Positions 52,322 to 64,000 of a DNA stretch of 64,000 nucleotides are shown here, in pieces. Source of the stretch: Chara braunii (Eukaryota; Plantae; Charophyceae); assembly GCA_003427395.1 (NCBI GenBank), contig BFEA01000014.1, positions 527,883 through 591,882 of the forward strand, read 5' to 3'. Each line of letters starts with the position of its first letter. Within the stretch, counting starts at the first letter, position 1. The notes under the pieces are model-generated. The model did not search any database and was not told the DNA's origin. It saw only the letters and a program-made list of their open reading frames with translations. Position numbers and translations under genes: made by a program.

Positions 52322-53345
52322 GGAACGCCCGACCCCCGCTCAACGACAGCAGGGCATCCGTGGGTCCGACGTTTTCAGAACGCCCGACCCCCACCCTCTT
52401 AGCACCGCGGGGGTCCGGCGTTCTGAAAACGCCCTACCTCCGCCCTCTTAGCACCGCAGGGGTCCTGCGTCCCGAGAACGCCCGACCCCCGACCTTCGTT
52501 TTTCGATAGGGGGACAGGGGGTTCCCAAAATGCCGGACCCCCCTTTCAGATGCGAGGGCCTCGTGTTGCGCGTTCCATGAACGCCCGACCCCCTTTCGGA
52601 AACAACGGTCGGGGGTCGGGCGTTCTGGGAACGCCGGACCCCTTCCGGAAACGACGGTCGGGGGTCGGGCGTTCTAGGAACGCCGGACCCCCCTTCCCGA
52701 GACGTCGGGGGTCGGGAGTTATGAGAACGCCGGATCCCCTTTCGGAAACGAGGGTCGGGGTGTCCGTCATTGGAGGGAACGCCGGAAGCCTTTTGGGAAA
52801 TGACGGTCGGGGGTCGGGCGTTCTCGGAACGCCGGACCCCGTTTCGGATACCTCGGGGGTTGGGCGTTCTGGGAACGCCGGGCCCCCTTTCAGACACATG
52901 AGAAGGCTGCCAGGCGTCTAGGGAACATCGGGCCCCTTTTCTGAAACGACAGACGGGGGTCGGGCGTCTAGGGAGCGCCGGACCCCCTTTCGGATACGTC
53001 TGGGGTCGGGCGTTTTGGGAACGTCGGACCCCCTTTCGGATACGTCTGGGGTCGGGCGTTCTGGGAACGCCGGACCCACTTTCGAATACGTCGGGGGTCG
53101 GGCGTTCTGGGAACGCCGGACCCCCTTTCAGAAACGAGGGTTGGGGTGTCTGTCGTCTAGGGAACGCCGGACACCTTTTGTGAAACGACGGTCGGGGGTC
53201 AGGCGTTCTGGGTACACCGGACCTCCTTCCAGAAACGACGGTGGGGAGACGAGGGTCTGGGAATCGGCCGTTTTCGATATGCCGGACCCCCTCGGTGCAC
53301 GGAGGGTGGGAGTTCGGGCGTTTCAGAACATCCGACCCCCGCGGT
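52322..53345. repeat. Array of ~20 palindromic units (ggggtcgggcgttc-NNN-gaacgccggacccc), period ~46-50 bp
   Basis: Read directly; each unit is an imperfect 14-bp-stem inverted repeat. Confidence 0.92.
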
Positions 53346-53499
53346 TGTGGAGATGGGGGCCTGCCATTTGGAGAAGGGCGGATACGCGATTTTTGACGAC
53401 GCGAGGGGGGGCCGTCGGCTCCTCGCGCGAATTGCTTTTGTTTGTTCCTCATGTTTTCTTTGCTTCAAGTTGTGCGTTTCCTTTGTTTGTGCCCTCTAG

Positions 53500-56400
53500 G
53501 TCAACCTGCTGCTTCGACCTCTCGGGCATACGGCAGGTCAAAGATCTACAACAACAAACCATTGGCTCTGGACTGGGATGGTGGTCTGCATAAGCTTGGA
53601 TGTGGGGCCGTTGTCTTTTTGAGCGACGACAATGGTGCGACATGGTACTGTTGTGGGGGTGTTGAGAAATCTGAGAGCGCCAAGAACACCTACGACGGGA
53701 GGCCGTTCAGGACCTTCTTTCTTACGTCAGTTTTCGACAAGGACGGGAAAAATTGGGTCAAGGAAGACAAGAAGGTCGGCCTTGACTTGCGGCTCTTTCA
53801 AGGCTATGGCGTCAAGGCTTTCTCCATGAAAGCGTTTGACGCGCGCGGGGACGGCGCCGAGCTTCGCATGCTCACTACGGAACAATTCCTCAGTAGAACG
53901 AATGGCTACCGCATCACTGGCTGCCTTCCTGTCGTCGACAGTTCCTTGGAGCTCACCAAGCCGTTGGTGAAATTCAGCAGCCCGGCGGACCAACTTCCAG
54001 GTGTTGTTAAGGAGTACAGGGAAGCCTTCTTGAGGCTGCCTCTGGACCAGCAAGCTGACTGCGCTTTTGTGCCCTTTGTCACGAGCTCGAGGAGATCGCG
54101 ATATACGCCATCCGCACCGGTTGGGAAGAGGAAACAGTTGGCTGCTTGTCTAGCTCCGCCTTTGCCAGGCGCGTCGCCCTCGCCCTTGCCCACGGTGAGG
54201 GGAGGTCACGATCTCGCTCAATGTTCCAGTGAGGCTACGGAGTACGATGACAGACTTTTGTACGGACGCAATGTTGCGCGCGACAGTGTCCAGGAAGGTG
54301 CGACTGCCCTGATTGAGCAAAACAAGGATGAAGAAGATGGGGGAAGTTGCGGTTCACGTGAAGACGGCGGTGATTACGAGTACATGGACGTTGGGGATGA
54401 GAACATGCAGGACCAGAACATGCTTGGCGATGACGACGTCGGTATCACGTCGGAGCATGGCCCTTGCGATATCCCCGCCGGTTCTGTGGGGCCGGCTGTT
54501 GGCCGGCACTTGTCGTCCCCTGCGATATGCCATTCGCAAGGCGAGAGTCAGGGTGGGCATGACTCGCAGGAGCACGGAGGATCGAAGTCGAGGAAAACGA
54601 CAAGAGAAACTTTTCCTTCTGCTTCCGCTCACAAGAGACAATCGAGGACTGACGCAGTAAATGAGGCTCGTGGAGCTCTGATAGCATCCCAGGAGGCGAG
54701 ACCTCCACGGAAGAGCAGCCAGGGGGGAAGATCTGGCGGTCGTGGCAGCGGCCGTGGTGGGGCAAGAAAAGGTAAGCAGATAGTGAGGGCAGAAGAACTG
54801 CGGGACTCGGGAGATGAGGGCGAGGGAGTGGGCCCTCGCATGCCCGACGATGGTGATGAACCGCTTCAGCACGCTGCACCCATCGACACGACGCGTTGTT
54901 TCTTCCTCGAGTATGACGAGCGGGGTTTTGCTAAGCAAAAAGTCCTCCCTGTTCTTGTGGACATCATGAAAATCAAACGCATTCCCCGCGGGAATATTCT
55001 TTTCAACCATCGCTCTTTGTCTGCGAATATTGTGCGAGGCATCGAGAATGCCATCGAGAGTTCCATCACCACGGAACCGGGGGCGTGGGATAGGCCTGAG
55101 CTCGTGCTTGCGCCGGTTGACCGCAACGAAATCGTCGGCGGGAAGGGAAGGCGGATAACACCGACCGAATTCTTCGAAAGAGACTCCTCGGAGTTCGATT
55201 GGTATACTGTCTGCGGTCAGCATACGGTCGAGGCGATGAAGACATTCGTAAAAAAAGGTTCTCCGGCAGTCGATGTCTATGGCCTTCGCGCGTACTCTAA
55301 GGTGCGGGTCGTCTATTTTGGAGATGACCAAACGCAAGGGCATTTCAATGTCTCCGCCTTCAACAACACGCGCGAAAATAGGGCCATGATGTTGTCGTTC
55401 GAGGATGCTCTCCGTGATATGAGGCAATGGTGGATCGATAACCACCGAAGCGAGGCCCTGAAAGGCAAGGTCAGCGATAAGGATGCAGTCGCCGTTGCGC
55501 ACCAAAAGAAGTGGCAAAATTTCTTAAGGGCCTCCATGGGGAAGGCATGCGACAAGGCGTTCGTAAAGCAAGCGCTCGAGAATGAGTACAGTAAGGATTG
55601 GAGCAATAAACTCCGTGGCTACATGAACCTCGCCACATTCACCGAGGTTGTATGGCCACTGGTCGAGAAGTTCTTCGACATGTTCAACGAGGGGAAGCTG
55701 CCAGTTGGCGATGGTAAAATACCGCTTGACATGCCGGGTAGGATGGAGGGGCGCCAGCCAGGCCCGTACACCGACGAGACGAAGGGGCAAAGGACATTAT
55801 ACCATTGCATTTACGCGAGAGATGGTCCCAAAGGCTCCATCGTGTCGTGGAAGGATCTCTGTCCTTCCTACTTCAAAAATTTTGGGGATTTGACGTGCCG
55901 CGAGAGGGAAGTTGCACTGCTCCTACTCATGAAAGGGAAGGTGGTCGCGACGAACGTCAAGGTCATGCCTCCGAGAGTGAATACGGAGTGCCTCCTTGAC
56001 ATCATGCGCAAGGAACGCTACATGGTCCGTATGTTCAACTACGTTGTTTTCCGCGCCGAGGGAAGGGCGGACGATGAATGGAATGATGCCTTCTTCATGT
56101 CATACAAGGACCTTGAAGACAGGTATGGGCCGAACGGTCTATGTGCAGCTGAATGGGAGAAGGAACGGGACAAGCTGCATGTCAGCAAAGTGAAGACGGT
56201 CCCTCGACGACTTGGAGGGGTGGAGGAGGCAAGGCAAGGATCAGGCTTGGGCCCTACAGCGGCAATGTATAAGGAGGCTCCGTTCCACTTTAAGGTGTTT
56301 GTATACACCTCAATCGATAAGCTCGATCTGCTTCGAGCGAAGGTCAAACGGGTCGCCTCCAGCGCACGTCATATCGTGTGGGATAAACTTAAAAAACAAA

Positions 56401-58562
56401 CAACATTGTTGCCGGTGTGCATGTCATTGAAGGAAGTGCTGGCTGCGCCGGACGACATCGTCACTGCGGCGCAAAAAGTGACTTGCAGGGCCGTCATCCT
56501 TGACATCTCCCCCGCTAACTTCTGCGCGACATGGACCTCTTAAGAGTTCGACGCTCTGCACTCTATGATGACTAAGTGTTGTGGCGTTAATTGGGTTCTT
56601 TTTGTCTTCGCACCGCAGAAGGTGCAAAGTGATGTTCTGCGTTGCTTATTCCGGTGGGAGGACAACGAACTCATCCTCGGGACCTGGAAACGGGATGACA
56701 GGCCATCGAATGACATCACGAGGTATGGCAATATCGCTACGGCGGGTCGAGACATGATGGTCATTGTCTTGCACGCGGAGGGAGGGGATCTCAGAAAGGT
56801 CACGGTCGCACCCCACCTTGTTAATGACCTCACAAACGTGAATGTCGTGGAGGAGAAGTTCGGGAAGTGTCTGGGGAAACACGGTGGCATAGATGGCGAT
56901 GAAAGTGTGGTGTATTCCATCTGGGAGCGAGAGCTTGGCAAGTTGCGTTCCTTGTGCGGGTCATTCGTCGGGGAGGCGGAAGGTGTGCTTTTATTGGGTA
57001 GGGCGCACGCGGGTCTTGTGTGGGAATTCTTACTGGCAGGGAATAATGTCATTGCCTGTGACGAGTCGGCAAAGGACATTGCATACTTGACAAAGTTCAT
57101 CGATATACTTGTCAAGGACGACAGATTCAAGTGCCACGTCGAGAAACCGCGTTGCAAACATCGCCCGAACTGGGACATGTTCCACAAGTTGGGGCCTAAG
57201 AGACTGAAGATGTGGGAGTACCTGTTCCGCGATATGCCACAAGGACAGCTTGACGGAAAATATATGTACAGGAAAGCAAAGGCAACAGAGACCCTCAAAC
57301 ATTATCACGGTGCTCTCACTGGCGTCTTTGAGACTTTTGTTGCTCGATGCGAGATCCTCAAGTTCGATCGTCGCAAAGACAAATTGACATCCAAGGACTA
57401 CGCGGAGCTCGCGAAATCGGGCGATGGCTTTAACCCCGTCGACAGTGAGGAAGATTCTTCAGACTCCGACCTCGAACTGGGCGAGGACACATGTGGTGGA
57501 ATGGTGCAAGCCCACGATGACGGAACTGTCCATTCGCACGGAGGGTCCATCCCGGTGGCCGCCCCAAGCGTCGCCTCAATGGTGGCCCCGTCAGAGACTG
57601 CTGCATTGCAAGACGTTGGAAGATGCGGTGGCAATGAAGAAGACGACATTGAGATACCAGGCGAGGCGTCGACACTCGCACCAGGCGATGCAATTCCTCC
57701 AGGCTACTGTGCTGACCCAGACACGATATATTTCCTGGAGGGCAAACACACCCACACAGGCGAGGATCAGTGGGGCCATGACATCATATGGCATGAGGGC
57801 GTTTTACAGCCGTGCATCCAAGATGGGGAGTGGAAGATGGCGGTGAAATACACAAGCGGTTGAAAGACTTTTCGCCGGATGTCAAAGGACATCTGGTTGA
57901 AAACGACGGAACTCGCGATCCTGCATCGCGTGCGCGTCGAGAATCCAGGGCAGAGCGAGGCCGCCATCAAAGCCAAGGCCGAAGAATTGTTTCATGTCTT
58001 GCGCGACAATCGGCAACTGGAGTACAGCAACAAATTTTATGCCCTGCCCTCGAGTCCCTCATGCGGGTTAATCAACTGGAAGGTTGATCAAACCGCCAGA
58101 ACCTTGGAGGGGAGCTGCTCTCATGATTTCATGCCTTCGGCTGAGCCGGCCTCTGTGGCCGCGCAAGCAGGGCACAGGGGAGATGACGGGGCTACTGTTG
58201 TCGGGCCTCAAGAGGTTGACATCACGTATAAGCCGCAAATATCGAAAAAATTCATCTCGGTCGCCGCGACACAATCGTCCTCACCCATCGATGTGTCAAC
58301 GATGTTGCCGCCAGATGCAGGTGCCACGTACGGGAGTTTATTGATAACAAATGCTGCAATGCAAGGCAGATCCGAGATCGAGTCAGAGTCTTATGTTGGG
58401 CCGAGCGTGGCAGAGAGTCCATCTTTATGCACTGGCAAAGGTGATGCACAATCACCGCTGACACCACAGGGAGGGGCCGGTGGGGATGGCGGGAAGGGAG
58501 GGGATGTGGAGGGAATGCACCGTTCTCGCAACCTCGACACCTTAACCGCTGATATTGATTAA
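53500..58562 (+). pseudogene. ~1,690-codon gene with ParB-like domain, helical region and degenerate amino-methyltransferase-like domain; two premature stops
   Basis: ORFs 53442-56543, 56565-57863 and 57879-58562 share one frame, with single stops TAA at 56541 and TGA at 57861; ELVLAPV...WYTVCGQHTVEAM; AVILDISP...ERELGKLRSLCGSFVGEAEGVLLL...GNNVIACDE; splice acceptor ending 53499. Confidence 0.7.
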
Positions 58563-58856
58563 AAGGGTGAGGGTGGGTGAGGCGGGAGGGGTGCAATTGG
58601 AGGGGGAGAATCCAGTGATATGATTACAACTTCACCTCTGCCTTGTTGAACGAAATTGTGTAATTGACTTGGTTCGTTGTTTTGTTTAAAACAGAATTCG
58701 TATTAGTCTCCGTAGGCACCACTTCTACGTCGTTTTTCCATTTATGTATNTTTTTTTTTTCANCTCAAATTTTTAATAGACCTGAGATGTTTAGATTGAC
58801 TGNCCGTNTCGACGTGCAGTAACAAATCGTGGTGGGAGCGTATGTGTGGTATTGTA

Positions 58857-58931
<75 letters not shown>

Positions 58932-59050
58932 GACATGGACGTGTGTGTGCGGACGTACTATATAAGGGTGGTCGATCGATGCGAGGAATGAAAGGACGAA
59001 AGATGTGAATGACGTTCATACAAGTAAAATATTAGAGAAATAATGAAAAC

Positions 59051-59992
59051 ATGCCTTGCATGCCTCAGCTCTCACAAAGCGTTTGGCCATGCACTCACAA
59101 TACTTGCCTCGTCCGCCCGCGTGAATGTCCTCTTCCTCATCGTCTGTGGTGTGCAGTACAAATGACAACAACGGATACAAGATTGTGCAAAAGAGGATGG
59201 ACAATGCATCTCGCAACTTCGTCTTTATCGGAGAGGGAGATGGCAGCACTAGCGCATATCATTCGCGAATACGGGAATAGGTATCCCGTTGCCAACACAC
59301 AAGATGCGCACAATAACGAAGTGTTGCAACTCACTCGCAACGATTTCCTTTTACTCGTCGTCGAACAACAGTGGTTAAACGACAACATGATCAACTTTTA
59401 TCTCAACCTCGTAGCATTAGACAACTGTTGTAGAATACAGCACGTAGAATGCGACGCAGATAATGAGATAGTCATTAGAGAAGGAAACGGTCGCATTCCC
59501 AAAGTATCAGTGCTGAGCTCGTTTTTTTTTGTCAAACTTTTCGATAATGACATGAGATATAGAGGCCGAGAAGTAGAACGCTGGTACCAGAATGTAATTA
59601 TAAGTGACATGGATTTTATTATTGCTCCTTTCCATATCGCACACCAGGACCACTGGACCTTGGTCGTGGCTGATTTGAAGAAGAGGAAATTCGAATTCTA
59701 CGACCCTCTCGACCCCGACAAGGAGTTCGCGTTAAAAGTGACCGGCGGGTTTGCAAAGTTTTTATTCGAAAGATCAAAATCGCAAGGCAAAGAGGTGGAC
59801 ACGAGACCATTCAATCACATATGGAATGTAGAGGGCATTCCAAAGCAACATGACACGAACGAATGTGGGGTCTTTGTACTCACGTACGCGTCACTTTTGG
59901 CACGGGGCCAACTTCCGCCTTTCTGTTTCACCGCAGATGACATACCCGCGATACATCGTCGGATGGCATTGGACACAGTGACTCGTGAGTAG
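59051..59992 (+). CDS. Ulp1/SENP-family (peptidase C48) SUMO/ubiquitin-like protease
   Basis: WLNDNMINFYL, SSFFFVKL, HWTLVV (His), FYDPL (Asp), PKQHDTNECGVFV (Gln/Cys); catalytic residues intact; TATATAA near 58959; exact start uncertain. Confidence 0.93.
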   Translation: MPCMPQLSQSVWPCTHNTCLVRPRECPLPHRLWCAVQMTTTDTRLCKRGWTMHLATSSLSEREMAALAHIIREYGNRYPVANTQDAHNNEVLQLTRNDFLLLVVEQQWLNDNMINFYLNLVALDNCCRIQHVECDADNEIVIREGNGRIPKVSVLSSFFFVKLFDNDMRYRGREVERWYQNVIISDMDFIIAPFHIAHQDHWTLVVADLKKRKFEFYDPLDPDKEFALKVTGGFAKFLFERSKSQGKEVDTRPFNHIWNVEGIPKQHDTNECGVFVLTYASLLARGQLPPFCFTADDIPAIHRRMALDTVTRE

Positions 59993-60128
59993 TGTGTACG
60001 TGATATTATATAGTATAATTGCGAAGGGGTCGTACGTGGTTGGCATGAGATGGCGCTTGACAAAAAACAATGTATATAAGGTGCTAATTATTCCTCGATG
60101 CACTGTGTCACTTGCCCCTTGCATGGTA

Positions 60129-60238
60129 CCTTACACCTTACACCTTACCCCATACACCTTACACCTTACCCCTTACACCTTACCCCTTACACCTTACCCC
60201 TTACACCTTACCCCTTATACCTTACCCCTTACCCCTCA
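60129..60238. repeat. Telomere-like heptamer tract (CCTTACA/CCTTACC)n
   Basis: ~15 heptamer units, ending ~45 bp inside the right TIR. Confidence 0.9.
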
Positions 60239-60350
60239 CACCAAAACACCCATTTGTAATGGTTTTTGCACTTCAATCATCTAAAAAATGACAATTTCAA
60301 TTTCGTTCAAAAAATATAAAATGTCCGTTTTGACGAAATCGCCGTTACCA

Positions 60351-63012
60351 ATCTTTATTAAGAGAACATATAGGAATATAATTGTTTCCACTCATTCAAC
60401 TAGACACACTTTTTTCAAGTCATTCAACTAGTCATTTCTGTAATGCAATGTATGAGGTTCTTTGACCTCTCCTACAACATCCCCATTAGGTAATATTCTT
60501 TCTGCCCATTTACGGATCTGTTTGGGTGAAGCTAGTCCAATTTGAAGAAACTGAGATTCATTCATACCCAAACCAAGCCCTTGCAACCATACTCGGCGTC
60601 GAGGGAGGAAAGGGGTCTGGAAAATCCGATAGTGGTCGTAAAGGAATTGTTGGGTCGACCATAGTGTAGTCATTAAAAGCAAGACTATAATCCCGACTTT
60701 GTTCCTCCTCTTCACCTGTCCTTGCCCGGGTTGCCCCTTCCCATTTAACCTTCCTCATCTTTCTCCCATGGGTTCCTCCTAGCCAGCATTGGTTGAATCG
60801 TTGAATGTGTTGAAGGATTTATTTTCGCAAGGATATAAATTGTATTTTTTCCTTACACTGCTCTCATTTTATAATGATGTCAGTTTGTATTTGTTGTTTA
60901 ACTGTGTCATCGAATTCCGGTACATTTAACCGAACTCCCTTCATTTCATACGTACATTTTTTTAACTATATGGCCCATAATACCGCTCTCCTACCCATGC
61001 TGTACAATTTTTGTGAGAATTCATCAATAGAATCAGGGGACCATGTTTCAAGAAGAAGGGTTTCCCATTCCCATGACGACTGGATTTCTGCTTCCATATT
61101 ACATCAAATATTGTCCCACCACCTCCAGAGCCAAATAGCCCCAGGACATTGCAGGAATACCTGATCGATTGTCTCAAGAATTAACTTAGATGAAAACACA
61201 AACCTACAAAATTTACACGAGAAAATTGTTTTTCCCCTTTGTTCCAATGTCGACCTGTCTATAAGCCAATCATTTGTAGGTAGGCACATATGCTCTATTT
61301 GCCATTGTAGTAAAGCCACTTTTGCAGCTTTAATTTTGGTCTTACTAAACCATTTTACCTTTCTTAATGATTCTTTATTAACATTAAGATGCTTCATTCA
61401 TCTTTCCTCTTCCTTGTCTTGTACAATAATCTTAGGGCGAAGCATCCTATAAGTGGATTTCATGGATAACGTGTGAAGAGCACAATAATACATTTTTCAT
61501 TTCCTTCTTGTATTAGACCACTTCCAATTAGCAGGATCAAGGGTCGGATGACTCATGGGTGTATTAGATTTAAAGGCTATCCATTTATCTTTGTGTCTCA
61601 ATACTCTAATCCTGAATACCTGATCTTTTGTCACCCTCCTTATACTATTTTGGTCCTTAATTATAATCATGTGAGTATTATCCATTTCATAGGTAGTGAG
61701 GGGGGTCTCCCCATTCTTCAAAACTACAACAATACTACATAAGATATTTGAATGATCTTTCATAGCAACCCAATCACTTCTAATAACTGAGGTCTCTTTT
61801 TTAGAATCTTTACTTAATCCAAAGACATCCAAGTCAATCAAATTTCTAAAACTTTCTCACAATAATGACAATAACTAAGGTGGGTTTGTAACTGTGAATG
61901 AGTAATCTATTCTTTTTTTTCACTGTTCTAGATGTCCTTTATCCTAACAATATCAATTTTAACCCACCCTTTCATGGGGGAATTTGCACAATGAATGACA
62001 CATCCTTTAGAATCTTTGAGAATGCAATTATCAAAGAGTAGTTGTTGACATACCTTTTCCCATCTCTCAGGAGGGTTTCGGTCTATTAATGGCAATCTCC
62101 TCCATGTTTTGATGAGGTTGGGCCAAAACGAATCATTACGTAAATTCATTATTGTCGTCCTCCTATCTGATACACATTGATCCAACGGTTCGTTCACTAC
62201 TCCTCTTTGAGGGCGCCAAGACCTATTTTATAGCCACATCATAAAGCCTATGTTGTCATATGTCATCGGGGCAAAACGTCTGATCTGCTCTCATGCCAAC
62301 ACACTCCAAGGGGTCTGGGGATTAAAGAGTAGGTGTTTAATCCATTGAATTGATAAGGCCATAGTTTGTGAAAAATGATCAATGATGTTCAACCCTCCTC
62401 TAACCTTAGGTTGTATCACTGATTGTCACGCTACCCTGCTAATTACCTTATCGAGCTCGTGATTTCCTCTCCATAAAAAGGTTGATAGTTGACGTTGCAA
62501 GGTCTTTACCACTTTCTTATCTAGCGTCGATAATGCTGATTTATAGCGGATCCAGGCTAAAACCACGTTTTAATCACCAGAATACAACTAAAGAGAGAAG
62601 TTTGCTTACACTTTCAAAGTTTCAGCTTAGCATATGCCTGTTTGGCTATACATTCATTGTTAGTTGATGGTTTTCATGCCCGTGAAATGGAGATACCCAA
62701 TACCCTAATGGGAGTATCCAAGGAAAGTCATTTCACTTGGGGAAGTTTCGGGGGGGCTTACTCCTTGATGATGAATCTACCATCCCATCGTCTTATTACC
62801 CCAGTTCACCCTCATATCAGACAGTCTACAAAATTTATCCATCAGACTGCTTATTGCTTCTAAACTCATTTCAGATGCTTCTACCATCAGGGACAGATCA
62901 TCAACAAAGAGAGAGCAAATAGAAATGGCTTCCTTTGGAATAGATGACACTTGAATTCTTTTAATATCCTTATGTTGTCTGAGGTCAGCTGCTAAGGCCT
63001 CCATGATTATAA
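60351..63012 (-). mobile_element. 5'-truncated decayed L1-clade LINE, same family as the 29-32 kb and 42-45 kb copies
   Basis: IIMEALA, CSLFVDDL, MRVNWGNKT, CLPTN...CKFC...ETIDQVFLQC; AATAAA on the minus strand near 60354-60359. Confidence 0.9.
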
Positions 63013-64000
63013 CAAAAAGAAAGGGGGTGTTTTCAAAAAAGAAAAGAACGCCACACACCGTTTACACGATGCTCGTCGGTCCGGGGCCCTGGCCTCAAAA
63101 AATCTTTGATGGAAATGAAAATCTGAATTTTGAGCGGGGGGCAAGGGGGGGGGGGAAGGGGGGGGGGGGGGGGGCTGAAACAAAAAGGGCGATTGCTCTC
63201 CACCTCCTTCGAAGAGTCTGTTGTAAAAAGTATCTTGACCCAACCGGCTTACAGTCTTCACTCGAATAAAACGCACCGTCATTATAGTCGTATTTTTCCA
63301 GCTTTCAGTCTACATAAAGACATAATGACCGGGCGTTCGATTCGGGTGAGGCCCTAGTTCAATTCGAGCAAGTTTTTACCGTCTTCACCCGAATAAAATA
63401 CGCCCGGTTACTATGGTCATATGTCGACAGAAAGTTAGACAAAATACGACTATAATGACCGGGCGTTCTATTCGGGGTGAAGACGGTTACACAATTGCAC
63501 ACAGCTAGACTGTTGAAATACAGACTCGAGTTGAATCTCCACTGGGGCGAGGTCCCACTAGCAAACAGGATTGGATTGAACGCCTGAATCTGGACGCGTT
63601 TGTGGAAAGGTGTTGTGTTACCACGCATTCATTGAACGTGCGTTTCGCGTTCCAAAAATGAACGCGGTGAACGCGCGTTCACTGAACGCGCCTGAACGTG
63701 TTTTACGNNNNNNNNNNNNNNNNNNNNNNNNNNNNNNNNNNNNNNNNNNNNNNNNNNNNNNNNNNNNNNNNNNNNNNNNNNNNNNNNNNNNAGTGTGTGT
63801 GAATTTGTGTGTTTGTGTGTGTGTGAACGTGTGTGTGTGTGTGTGAAAGTTCCTTCTTTTTTTTTCGGGGGGGTGGGGGAATCTCCCCCGCTCAGACGGC
63901 CCATACAGGCTATCTGAAGGGTCCTCGCAGCCTTGTCGCACAGACCCCCCCACCCACCAACGTCAAGGCAGGCAGTGAATATGGAGTGGAGCACGAGCTG

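Larger units (their letters stand above)
50589..60346. mobile_element. 9.76-kb TIR element with protein cargo and no recognisable transposase
   Basis: 62-bp TIRs (50589-50650 and 60285-60346, 58/62 identical, starting aac(a/g)gcgatttcgtcaaaacgg); ACCA at 50585-88 and 60347-50. Confidence 0.88.

Noticed and set aside
52322-53345. CRISPR array
   Set aside because: The repeats are palindromic, but the spacers are short and similar to each other, there are no cas genes, and the context is eukaryotic.
52448-53452. 334-aa and overlapping Pro/Arg/Gly-rich ORFs
   Set aside because: Translation artefacts of the GC-rich palindrome array.
54354-55517. 387-aa antisense ORF and other antisense ORFs over the large gene and the CYP
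   Set aside because: Shadow ORFs of GC-rich coding sequence with no motifs.

Overview
Repeat-dense eukaryotic nuclear DNA with several assembly gaps. The land-plant-like U6, cox1, atp6 and CYP71-clan sequences suggest a streptophyte, plausibly a charophyte alga such as Chara (inference). The only convincing host gene is an intronless CYP71-clan cytochrome P450 (7664-9877, minus). The rest is nested mobile DNA: five decayed L1-clade LINE segments, tRNA-derived SINEs, MULE, hAT, Harbinger and Tc1-type MITEs, minisatellites, U6 snRNA retrocopies, a hammerhead ribozyme motif and a mosaic cox1/atp6 NUMT. The most notable object is a 9.76-kb element (50589-60346) with 62-bp terminal inverted repeats and a 4-bp ACCA target duplication, in which I see no transposase. 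It carries (i) a ~1,690-codon frame with a ParB-like domain and a degenerate beta-class amino-methyltransferase-like domain, (ii) an intact Ulp1/SENP protease, (iii) a small divergent gene, (iv) ~20 palindromic repeats upstream of the ParB gene, and (v) a telomere-like heptamer tract. A divergent relic of the same large protein lies at ~40.3-40.8 kb. A second theme is stuttered or snap-back copying of U6 and of the hammerhead element at 21-24 kb. All domain calls are by-eye motif recognition, not database searches.
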